DNA of 64,000 bases. Origin: Auanema rhodensis (taxonomy: Eukaryota; Animalia; Nematoda). The notes beneath the pieces were generated by a model that made no database searches, was not told the DNA's origin, and saw nothing but the letters and a program-made list of their open reading frames with translations. Shown in pieces: positions 28,701 through 41,259 of the stretch. A program made the translations under genes and the position numbers. Numbering within the stretch: position 1 is the first letter of the stretch; every line of letters starts with the position of its first letter. The stretch spans positions 11,222,001-11,286,000 of the forward strand of contig OZ059895.1 of the NCBI GenBank assembly GCA_964057225.1, read 5' to 3'.

Positions 28701-30180
28701 AGTTAATGAACCATCATCTTACCTTTACTGTTTCTATCTATTTCCTATCGAAAGCAACTTTGTTCAAACACTATACAACTGTGAAACCTTTTTTAATTTC
28801 TTGTATTTGGAGCTCATAAGATTTGATATCATCGAGGGATCCAGATAGAACGTGGAAAATTACATAACTAACATGAAATTGAAAAAAAACTATAACGAGG
28901 ATAAGTATGTGAATCATTGAATATCAGATATTTTCGCTTAGGACCATACCACGTTGAAAGTACGCCATGCCGCTGATTTTCAATTTTACCTCTTTTGTAA
29001 CAAATGTTTTCAATTTTCAAGCAGTTTTACTCAGATAGCTTAACCCAAGGCAGCAAATTATCTTCAATATTATTTCTATCTTACAGTTATAAACCAATGG
29101 TTAATGAACCATCATCTTACTTTTACTGTTTCTATCTATTTTCTATCAGAACAAATATTGTTCAAACACTATACGACTGTGAAACCTTTTTTAATTTCTT
29201 GTATTTGGAGCTCAAAAGATTTGATATCATTAAGGGATCCAGATAGAACGTGGAAAATTACGTAACTAACATGAAATTGGAAAAAACTATAACGAGGATA
29301 AGTATGTGAATCATTGAATATCAGATATTTTTGTTTAGGACCCTACCACGTTGAAAGTACGCCATGCCGCTGATTTTCAATTTTAACTCTTTTGTAACAA
29401 ATGTTTTCAATTTTCAAGCAGTTTTACTCAGATAGCTTAACCCAAGGCAGCAAATTATCTTCAATATTATTTCTATCTTACAGTTATAAACCAATAGTTA
29501 ATGAACCATCATCTTACCTTTACTGTTTCTATCTATTTCCTATCGAAAGCAACTCTGTTCAAACACTATACAACTGTGAAACCTTTTTTAATTTCTTGTA
29601 TTTGGAGCTCATAAGATTTGATATCATCGAGGGATCCAGATAGAACGTGGAAAATTACATAACTAACATGAAATTGGGAAAAAATTCTAACGAGGATAAG
29701 TATGCGAAACATTGAATATCAGATATTTTCGCTTAGGACCATACCACGTTGAAAGTACGCCATGCCGCTGATTTTCGATTTTAACTCTTTTGTAACAAAT
29801 GTTTTCAATTTTCAAGCAGTTTTACTTAGATAGCTCAACCCAAGGCAGCAATTTATCTTCAATATTATTTCTATCTTACAGTTATAAACCAATAGTTAAT
29901 GAACCATCATCTTACCTTTACTGTTTCTATCTATTTCCTATCGAAAGCAACTTTGTTCAAAAACTATACAACTGTGAAACCTTTTTTAATTTCTTGTATT
30001 TGGAGCTCATAAGATTTGATATCATCGAGGGATCCAGATAGAACGTGGAAAATTACATAACTAACATGAAATTGAAAAAAACTATAACGAGGATAAGTAT
30101 GCGAAACATTGAATATCAGATATTTTCGCTTAGGACCATACCACGTTGAAAGTACGCCATGCCGCTGATTTTCAATTTTA
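25800..30180. repeat. 6-monomer (2384 bp) period, ~1.8 copies
   Basis: CAATATTTTTT, TATCATTAAG, TTTGTTTAGGACCCT and AACTCTGTTC recur at +2384 (ORFs 26222/28606, 26620/29004, 27017/29401, 27415/29799). Confidence 0.9.
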
Positions 30181-31499
30181 ACTCTTCTGTAACAAATGTT
30201 TTCAATTTCCAAGCAGTTTTACTTAGATAGCTCAACCCAAGGCAGCAAATTATCTTCAATATTATTTCTATCCTACAGTTATAAACCAATAGTTGATGAA
30301 CCATCATCTTACCCTTACCGTTTCTATCTATTTCATATCGAAACCAACTTTGTTCAAAAACTATACAACTGTGAAACCTTTTTTAATTTTTTGTATTTGG
30401 AGCTCATAAGATTTGATATCATTGAGGGATCCAGATAGAACGTGGAAAATTACGTAACTAACATGAAATTGGAAAAAACTATAACGAGGATAAGTATGTG
30501 AATCATTGAATATCAGATATTTTCGCTTAGGACCATACCACGTTGAAAGTACGCCATGCCGCTGATTTTCAATTTTAACTCTTTTGTAACAAATGTTTTC
30601 AATTTTCAAGCAGTTTTACTCAGATAGCTTAACCCAAGGCAGCAAATTATCTTCAATATTATTTCTATCTTACAGTTATAAACCAATAGTTAATGAACCA
30701 TCATCTTACCTTTACTGTTTCTATCTATTTCTTATCGAAAGCAACTTTGTTCAAACACTATACAACTGTGAAACCTTTTTTAATTTCTTGTATTTGGAGC
30801 TCATAAGATTTGATATCATCGAGGGATCCAGATAGAACGTGGAAAATTACATAACTAACATGAAATTGGGAAAAAATTATAACTAGGATAAGTATGCGAA
30901 ACATTGAATATCAGATATTTTCGCTTAGGACCATACCACGTTGAAAGTACGCCATGCCGCTGATTTTCAATTTTAACTCTTCTGTAACAAATGTTTTCAA
31001 TTTCCAAGCAGTTTTACTTAGATAGCTCAACCCAAGGCAGCAAATTATCTTCAATATTATTTCTATCTTACAGTTATAAACCAATAGTTAATGAACCATC
31101 ACCTTACCCTTACCGTTTCTATCTATTTCATATCGAAACCAACTTTGTTCAAAAACTATACAACTGTGAAACCTTTTTTAATTTCTTGTATTTGGAGCTC
31201 ATAAGATTTGATATCATTGAGGGATCCAGATAGAACGTGGAAAATTACATAACTAACATAAAATTGGGAAAAAATTATAACGAGGATAAGTATGTAAATC
31301 ATTGAATATCAGATATTTTCGCTTACGACCATACCACGTTGAAAGTACGCCATGCCGCTGATTTTCAATTTTAACTCTTCTGTAACAAATGTTTTCAATT
31401 TTCAAGCAGTTTTACTAAGATAGCTCAACCCAAGGCAGCAATTTATCTTCAATCTTATTTCTATCTTACAGTTATAAACCATTAGTTAATGAACCATCA

Positions 31500-34400
31500 T
31501 CTTACCTTCACTGTTTCTATCTATTTTCTATCAAAAGAAACATTGTTTAAACACTATACAACTGTGAAACCTTTTTTAATTTCATGTATTTGGAGCTCAT
31601 AAGATTTGATATCATCGAGGGATCCAGATAGAACGTGGAAAATTACGTAACTAACATGAAATTGAAAAAAACTATAACGAGGATAAGTATGTGAATCATT
31701 GAATATCAGATATTTTCGCTTAGGACCATACCACGTTGAAAGTACGCCATGCCGCTGATTTTCAATTTTAACTCTTTTGTAACAAATGTTTTCAATTTTC
31801 AAGCAGTTTTACTCAGATAGCTTAACCCAAGGCAGCAAATTATCTTCAATATTATTTCTATCTTACAGTTATAAACCAATGGTTAATGAACCATCATCTT
31901 ACTTTTACTGTTTCTATCTATTTTCTATCAGAACAAATATTGTTCAAACACTATACGACTGTGAAACCTTTTTTAATTTCTTGTATTTGGAGCTCAAAAG
32001 ATTTGATATCATTGAGGGATCCAGATAGAACGTGGAAAATTACGTAACTAACATGAAATTGGAAAAAACTATAACGAGGATAAGTATGTGAATCATTGAA
32101 TATCAGATATTTTCGCTTAGGACCATACCACGTTAAAAGTACGCCATGCCGCTGATTTTCAATTTTTACTCTTTTGTAACAAATGTTTTCAATTTTCAAG
32201 CAGTTTTACTCAGATAGCTTAACCCAAGGCAGCAAATTATCTTCAATATTATTTCTATCTTACAGTTATAAACCAATAGTTAATGAACCATCATCTTACC
32301 TTTACTGTTTCTATCTATTTCCTATCGAAAGCAACTTTGTTCAAACACTATACAACTGTGAAACCTTTTTTAATTTCTTGTATTTGGAGCTCATAAGATT
32401 TGATATCATCGAGGGATCCAGATAGAACGTGGAAAATTACGTAACTAACATGAAATTGAAAAAAACTATAACGAGGATAAGTATGTGAATCATTGAATAT
32501 CAGATATTTTCGCTTAGGACCATACCACGTTGAAAGTACGCCATGCCGCTGATTTTCAATTTTTACTCTTTTGTAACAAATGTTTTCAATTTTCAAGCAG
32601 TTTTACTCAGATAGCTTAACCCAAGGCAGCAAATTATCTTCAATATTATTTCTATCTTACAGTTATAAACCAATAGTTAATGAACCATCATCTTACCTTT
32701 ACTGTTTCTATCTATTTTCTATCAGAACAAATATTGTTCAAACACTATACGACTGTGAAACCTTTTTTAATTTCTTGTATTTGGAGCTCAAAAGATTTGA
32801 TATCATTGAGGGATCCAGATAGAACGTTGAAAATTACGTAACTAACATGAAATTGGAAAAAACTATAACGAGGATAAGTATGTGAATCATTGAATATCAG
32901 ATATTTTCGCTTAGGACCATACCACGTTAAAAGTACGCCATGCCGCTGATTTTCAATTTTTACTCTTTTGTAACAAATGTTTTCAATTTTCAAGCAGTTT
33001 TACTCAGATAGCTTAACCCAAGGCAGCAAATTATCTTCAATATTATTTCTATCTTACAGTTATAAACCAATAGTTAATGAACCATCATCTTACCTTTACT
33101 GTTTCTATCTATTTCCTATCGAAAGCAACTTTGTTCAAACACTATACAACTGTGAAACCTTTTTCAATTTCTTGTATTTGGAGCTCATAAGATTTGATAT
33201 CATCGAGGGATCCAGATAGAACGTGGAAAATTACGTAACTAACATGAAATTGAAAAAAACTATAACGAGGATAAGTATGTGAATCATTGAATATCAGATA
33301 TTTTCGCTTAGGACCATACCACGTTGAAAGTACGCCATGCCGCTGATTTTCAATTTTTACTCTTTTGTAACAAATGTTTTCAATTTTCAAGCAGTTTTAC
33401 TCAGATAGCTTAACCCAAGGCAGCAAATTATCTTCAATATTATTTCTATCTTACAGTTATAAACCAATAGTTAATGAACCATCATCTTACCTTCACTGTT
33501 TCTATCTATTTTCTATCAAAAGAAACATTGTTTAAACACTATACAACTGTGAAACCTTTTTTAATTTCTTGTATTTGGAGCTCATAAGATTTGATATCAT
33601 CGAGGGATCCAGATAGAACGTGGAAAATTACGTAACTAACATGAAATTGAAAAAAACTATAACGAGGATAAGTATGTGAATCATTGAATATCAGATATTT
33701 TCGCTTAGGACCATACCACGTTAAAAGTACGCCATGCCGCTGATTTTCAATTTTTACTCTTTTGTAACAAATGTTTTCAATTTTCAAGCAGTTTTACTCA
33801 GATAGCTTAACCCAAGGCAGCAAATTATCTTCAATATTATTTCTATCTTACAGTTATAAACCAATAGTTAATGAACCATCATCTTACCTTCACTGTTTCT
33901 ATCTATTTTCTATCAAAAGAAACATTGTTTAAACACTATACAACTGTGAAACCTTTTTTAATTTCTTGTATTTGGAGCTCATAAGATTTGATATCATCGA
34001 GGGATCCAGATAGAACGTGGAAAATTACGTAACTAACATGAAATTGAAAAAAACTATAACGAGGATAAGTATGTGAATCATTGAATATCAGATATTTTCG
34101 CTTAGGACCATACCACGTTGAAAGTACGCCATGCCGCTGATTTTCAATTTTAACTCTTTTGTAACAAATGTTTTCAATTTTCAAGCAGTTTTACTCAGAT
34201 AGCTTAACCCAAGGCAGCAAATTATCTTCAATATTATTTTTATCTTACAGTTATAAACCAATGGTTAATGAACCATCATCTTACTTTTACTGTTTCTATC
34301 TATTTTCTATCAGAACAAATATTGTTCAAACACTATACGACTGTGAAACCTTTTTTAATTTCTTGTATTTGGAGCTCAAAAGATTTGATATCATTGAGGG

Positions 34401-37340
34401 ATCCAGATAGAACGTGGAAAATTACGTAACTAACATGAAATTGGAAAAAACTATAACGAGGATAAGTATGTGAATCATTGAATATCAGATATTTTCGCTT
34501 AGGACCATACCACGTTAAAAGTACGCCATGCCGCTGATTTTCAATTTTTACTCTTTTGTAACAAATGTTTTCAATTTTCAAGCAGTTTTACTCAGATAGC
34601 TTAACCCAAGGCAGCAAATTATCTTCAATATTATTTCTATCTTACAGTTATAAACCAATAGTTAATGAACCATCATCTTACCTTTACTGTTTCTATCTAT
34701 TTCCTATCGAAAGCAACTTTGTTCAAACACTATACAACTGTGAAACCTTTTTTAATTTCTTGTATTTGGAGCTCATAAGATTTGATATCATCGAGGGATC
34801 CAGATAGAACGTGGAAAATTACGTAACTAACATGAAATTGAAAAAAACTATAACGAGGATAAGTATGTGAATCATTGAATATCAGATATTTTCGCTTAGG
34901 ACCATACCACGTTGAAAGTACGCCATGCCGCTGATTTTCAATTTTTACTCTTTTGTAACAAATGTTTTCAATTTTCAAGCAGTTTTACTCAGATAGCTTA
35001 ACCCAAGGCAGCAAATTATCTTCAATATTATTTCTATCTTACAGTTATAAACCAATAGTTAATGAACCATCATCTTACCTTTACTGTTTCTATCTATTTT
35101 CTATCAGAACAAATATTGTTCAAACACTATACGACTGTGAAACCTTTTTTAATTTCTTGTATTTGGAGCTCAAAAGATTTGATATCATTGAGGGATCCAG
35201 ATAGAACGTTGAAAATTACGTAACTAACATGAAATTGGAAAAAACTATAACGAGGATAAGTATGTGAATCATTGAATATCAGATATTTTCGCTTAGGACC
35301 ATACCACGTTAAAAGTACGCCATGCCGCTGATTTTCAATTTTTACTCTTTTGTAACAAATGTTTTCAATTTTCAAGCAGTTTTACTCAGATAGCTTAACC
35401 CAAGGCAGCAAATTATCTTCAATATTATTTCTATCTTACAGTTATAAACCAATAGTTAATGAACCATCATCTTACCTTTACTGTTTCTATCTATTTCCTA
35501 TCGAAAGCAACTTTGTTCAAACACTATACAACTGTGAAACCTTTTTCAATTTCTTGTATTTGGAGCTCATAAGATTTGATATCATCGAGGGATCCAGATA
35601 GAACGTGGAAAATTACGTAACTAACATGAAATTGAAAAAAACTATAACGAGGATAAGTATGTGAATCATTGAATATCAGATATTTTCGCTTAGGACCATA
35701 CCACGTTGAAAGTACGCCATGCCGCTGATTTTCAATTTTTACTCTTTTGTAACAAATGTTTTCAATTTTCAAGCAGTTTTACTCAGATAGCTTAACCCAA
35801 GGCAGCAAATTATCTTCAATATTATTTCTATCTTACAGTTATAAACCAATAGTTAACGAACCATCATCTTACCTTTACTGTTTCTATCTATTTTCTATCA
35901 GAACAAATATTGTTCAAACACTATACGACTGTGAAACCTTTTTTAATTTCTTGTATTTGGAGCTCAAAAGATTTGATATCATTGAGGGATCCAGATAGAA
36001 CGTTGAAAATTACGTAACTAACATGAAATTCGAAAAAACTATAACGAGGATAAGTATGTGAATCATTGAATATCAGATATTTTCGCTTAGGACCATACCA
36101 CGTTAAAAGTACGCCATGCCGCTGATTTTCAATTTTTACTCTTTTGTAACAAATGTTTTCAATTTTCAAGCAGTTTTACTCAGATAGCTTAACCCAAGGC
36201 AGCAAATTATCTTCAATATTATTTCTATCTTACAGTTATAAACCAATAGTTAATGAACCATCATCTTACCTTTACTGTTTCTATCTATTTCCTATCGAAA
36301 GCAACTTTGTTCAAACACTATACAACTGTGAAACCTTTTTCAATTTCTTGTATTTGGAGCTCATAAGATTTGATATCATCGAGGGATCCAGATAGAACGT
36401 GGAAAATTACGTAACTAACATGAAATTGAAAAAAACTATAACGAGGATAAGTATGTGAATCATTGAATATCAGATATTTTCGCTTAGGACCATACCACGT
36501 TAAAAGTACGCCATGCCGCTGATTTTCAATTTTTACTCTTTTGTAACAAATGTTTTCAATTTTCAAGCAGTTTTACTCAGATAGCTTAACCCAAGGCAGC
36601 AAATTATCTTCAATATTATTTCTATCTTACAGTTATAAACCAATGGTTAATGAACCATCATCTTACTTTTACTGTTTCTATCTATTTTCTATCAGAACAA
36701 ATATTGTTCAAACACTATACGACTGTGAAACCTTTTTTAATTTCTTGTATTTGGAGCTCAAAAGATTTGATATCATTGAGGGATCCAGATAGAACGTTGA
36801 AAATTACGTAACTAACATGAAATTGGAAAAAACTATAACGAGGATAAGTATGTGAATCATTGAATATCAGATATTTTCGCTTAGGACCATACCACGTTAA
36901 AAGTACGCCATGCCGCTGATTTTCAATTTTTACTCTTTTGTAACAAATGTTTTCAATTTTCAAGCAGTTTTACTCAGATAGCTTAACCCAAGGCAGCAAA
37001 TTATCTTCAATATTATTTCTATCTTACAGTTATAAACCAATAGTTAATGAACCATCATCTTACCTTTACTGTTTCTATCTATTTCCTATCGAAAGCAACT
37101 TTGTTCAAACACTATACAACTGTGAAACCTTTTTTAATTTCTTGTATTTGGAGCTCATAAGATTTGATATCATCGAGGGATCCAGATAGAACGTGGAAAA
37201 TTACGTAACTAACATGAAATTGAAAAAAACTATAACGAGGATAAGTATGTGAATCATTGAATATCAGATATTTTCGCTTAGGACCATACCACGTTGAAAG
37301 TACGCCATGCCGCTGATTTTCGATTTTAACTCTTTTGTAA
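31500..37340. repeat. Indel-free block of alternating A/B monomers (794-bp dimer) with a superimposed 2382-bp (6-mer) duplication
   Basis: A-type units (ATCAGAACAAATATTG, CTATACGAC, CTCAAAAG) start at ORF positions 31786, 32580, 34168, 34962, 35756 and 36550. They alternate with B-type units (GAAAGCAAC, CATCGAG, TTGAAAAAAAC). 31786 + 14x397 = 37344 exactly. Confidence 0.88.
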
Positions 37341-40300
37341 CAAATGTTTTCAATTTTCAAGCAGTTTTACTCAGATAGCTTAACCCAAGGCAGCAAATTA
37401 TCTTCAATATTATTTCTATCTTACAGTTATAAACCAATAGTTAATGAACCATCATCTTACCTTTACTGTTTCTATCTATTTCCTATCGAAAGCAACTTTG
37501 TTCAAACACTATACAACTGTGAAACCTTTTTTAATTTCTTGTATTTGGAGCTCATAAGATTTGATATCATCGAGGGATCCAGATAGAACGTGAAAAATTA
37601 CATAACTAACATGAAATTGGGAAAAAATTATAACGAGGATAAGTATGCGAAACATTGAATATCAGATATTTTCGCTTAGGACCATACCACGTTGAAAGTA
37701 CGCCATGCCGCTGATTTTCGATTTTAACTCTTTTGTAACAAATGTTTTCAATTTTCAAGCAGTTTTACTTAGATAGCTCAAACCAAGGCAGCAATTTATC
37801 TTCAATATTATTTCTATCTTACAGTTATAAACCAATAGTTAATGAACCATCATCTTACCTTTACTGTTTCTATCTATTTCCTATCGAAAGCAACTTTGTT
37901 CAAAAACTATACAACTGTGAAACCTTTTTTGATTTCTTGTATTTGGAGCTCATAAGATTTGATATCATCGAGGGATCCAGATAGAACGTGGAAAATTACA
38001 TAACTAACATGAAATTGAAAAAAACTATAACGAGGATAAGTATGCGAAACATTGAATATCAGATATTTTCGCTTAGGACCATACCACGTTGAAAGTACGC
38101 CATGCCGCTGATTTTCAATTTTAACTCTTCTGTAACAAATGTTTTCAATTTTCAAACAGTTTTACTTAGATAGCTCAACCCAAGGCAGCAATTTATCCTC
38201 AATATTATTTCTATCTTACAGTTATAAACCAATAGTTAATGAACCATCATCTTACCTTTACTGTTTCTATCTATTTCCTATCGAAAGAAACATTGTTTAA
38301 ACACTATACAACTGTGAAGCCTTTTTTAATTTCTTGTATTTGGAGCTCATAAGATTTGATATCATCGAGGGATCCAGATAGAACGTGAAAAATTACGTAA
38401 CTAACATGAAATTGGAAAAAACTATAACTAGGATAAGTATGTGAATCATGGAATATCAGATATTTTCGCTTAGGACCATACCACGTTGAAAGTTCGCCAT
38501 GCAGCTGATTTTCAATTTTAACTCTTTTGTAACAAATGTTTTCAATTTTCAAGCAGTTTTACTCAGATAGCTTAACCCAAGGCAGCAAATTATCTTTAAT
38601 CTTATTTCTTCATTACAGTTATAAACCAGTAATTAATAAACCTTTATCTCAACTTCACTGTTTCTATCTATTTACTATCGAAAGCAACTTTGTTCAAAAA
38701 CTATACAACTGTGAAACCTTTTTTAATTTCTTGTATTTGGAGCTCATAAGATTTGATATCATCGAGGGATCCAGATAGAACGTGGAAAATTACATAACTA
38801 ACATGAAATTGAAAAAAACTATAACGAGGATAAGTATGCGAAACATTGAATATCAGATATTTTCGCTTAGGACCATACCACGTTGAAAGTACGCCATGCC
38901 GCTGATTTTCAATTTTAACTCTTCTGTAACAAATGTTTTCAATTTCCAAGCAGTTTTACTTAGATAGCTCAACCCAAGGCAGCAAATTATCTTCAATATT
39001 ATTTCTATCTTACAGTTATAAACCAATAGTTAATGAACCATCATCTTACCCTTACCGTTTCTATCTATTTCATATCGAAACCAACTTTGTTCAAAAACTA
39101 TACAACTGTGAAACCTTTTTTAATTTCTTGTATTTGGAGCTCATAAGATTTGATATCATTGAGGGATCCAGATAGAACGTGGAAAATTACATAACTAACA
39201 TGAAATTGGGAAAAAATTATAACGAGGATAAGTATGTAAATCATTGAATATCAGATATTTTCGCTTACGACCATACCACGTTGAAAGTACGCCATGCCCC
39301 TGATTTTCAATTTTAACTCTTCTGTAACAAATGTTTTCAATTTTCAAGCAGTTTTACTTAGATAGCTCAACCCAAGGCAGCAATTTATCTTCAATCTTAT
39401 TTCTATCTTACAGTTATAAACCATTAGTTAATGAACCATCATCTTACCTTCACTGTTTCTATCTATTTTCTATCAAAAGAAACATTGTTTAAACACTATA
39501 CAACTGTGAAACCTTTTTTAATTTCTTGTATTTGGAGCTCAAAAGATTTGATATCATTGAGGGACCCAGATAGAACGTGGAAAATTACGTAACTAACATG
39601 AAATTGGAAAAAACTATAACGAGGATAAGTATGTGAATCATTGAATATCAGATATTTTCGCTTAGGACCATACCACGTTGAAAGTACGCCATGCCGCTGA
39701 TTTTCGATTTTAACTCTTTTGTAACAAATGTTTTCAATTTTCAAGCAGCTTTACTTAGATAGCTCAACCCAAGGCAGCAATTTATCTTCAATATTATTTC
39801 TATCTTACAGTTATAAACCAATAGTTAATGAACCATCATCTTACCTTTACTGTTTCTATCTATTTCCTATCGAAAGCAACTTTGTTCAAAAACTATACAA
39901 CTGTGAAACCTTTTTTGATTTCTTGTATTTGGAGCTCATAAGATTTGATATCATCGAGGGATCCAGATAGAACGTGCAAAATTACATAACTAACATGAAA
40001 TTGAAAAAAACTATAACGAGGATAAGTATGCGAAACATTGAATATCAGATATTTTCGCTTAGGACCATACCACGTTGAAAGTACGCCATGCCGCTGATTT
40101 TCGATTTTAACTCTTTTGTAACAAATGTTTTCACTTTTCAAGCAGTTTTACTTAGATAGCTCAACCCAAGGCAGCAATTTATCTTCAATCTTATTTCTAT
40201 CTTACAGTTATAAACCATTGGTTAATGAACCATCATCTTACCTTTACTGTTTCTATCTATTTCCTATCGAAAGCAACTTTGTTCAAAAACTATACAACTG

Positions 40301-41259
40301 TGAAACCTTTCTTAATTTCTTGTATTTGGAGCTCATAAGATTTGATATCATCGAGGGATCCAGATAGAACGTGAAAAATTACGTAACTAACATGAAATTG
40401 GAAAAAACTATAACGAGGATAAGTATGCGAAACATTGAATATCAGATATTTTCGCTTAGGACCATACCACGTTGAAAGTACGCCATGCCGCTGATTTTCG
40501 ATTTTAACTCTTTTGTAACAAATGTTTTCACTTTTCAAGCAGTTTTACTTAGATAGCTCAACCCAAGGCAGCAATTTATCTTCAATCTTATTTCTATCTT
40601 ACAGTTATAAACCAATAGTTAATGAACCATCATCTTACCTTTACTGTTTCTATCTATTTCCTATCGAAAGCAACTTTGTTCAAAAACTATACAACTGTGA
40701 AACCTTTTTTGATTTCTTGTATTTGGAGCTCATAAGATTTGATATCATCGAGGGATCCAGATAGAACGTGCAAAATTACATAACTAACATGAAATTGAAA
40801 AAAACTATAACGAGGATAAGTATGCGAAACATTGAATATCAGATATTTTCGCTTAGGACCATACCACGTTGAAAGTACGCCATGCCGCTGATTTTCGATT
40901 TTAACTCTTTTGTAACAAATGTTTTCACTTTTCAAGCAGTTTTACTTAGATAGCTCAACCCAAGGCAGCAATTTATCTTCAATCTTATTTCTATCTTACA
41001 GTTATAAACCATTAGTTAATGAACCATCATCTTACCTTTACTGTTTCTATCTATTTCCTATCGAAAGCAACTTTGTTCAAAAACTATACAACTGTGAAAC
41101 CTTTCTTAATTTCTTGTATTTGGAGCTCATAAGATTTGATATCATCGAGGGATCCAGATAGAACGTGAAAAATTACGTAACTAACATGAAATTGGAAAAA
41201 ACTATAACTAGGATAAGTATGTGAATCATTGAATATCAGATATTTTCGCTTAGGACCAT

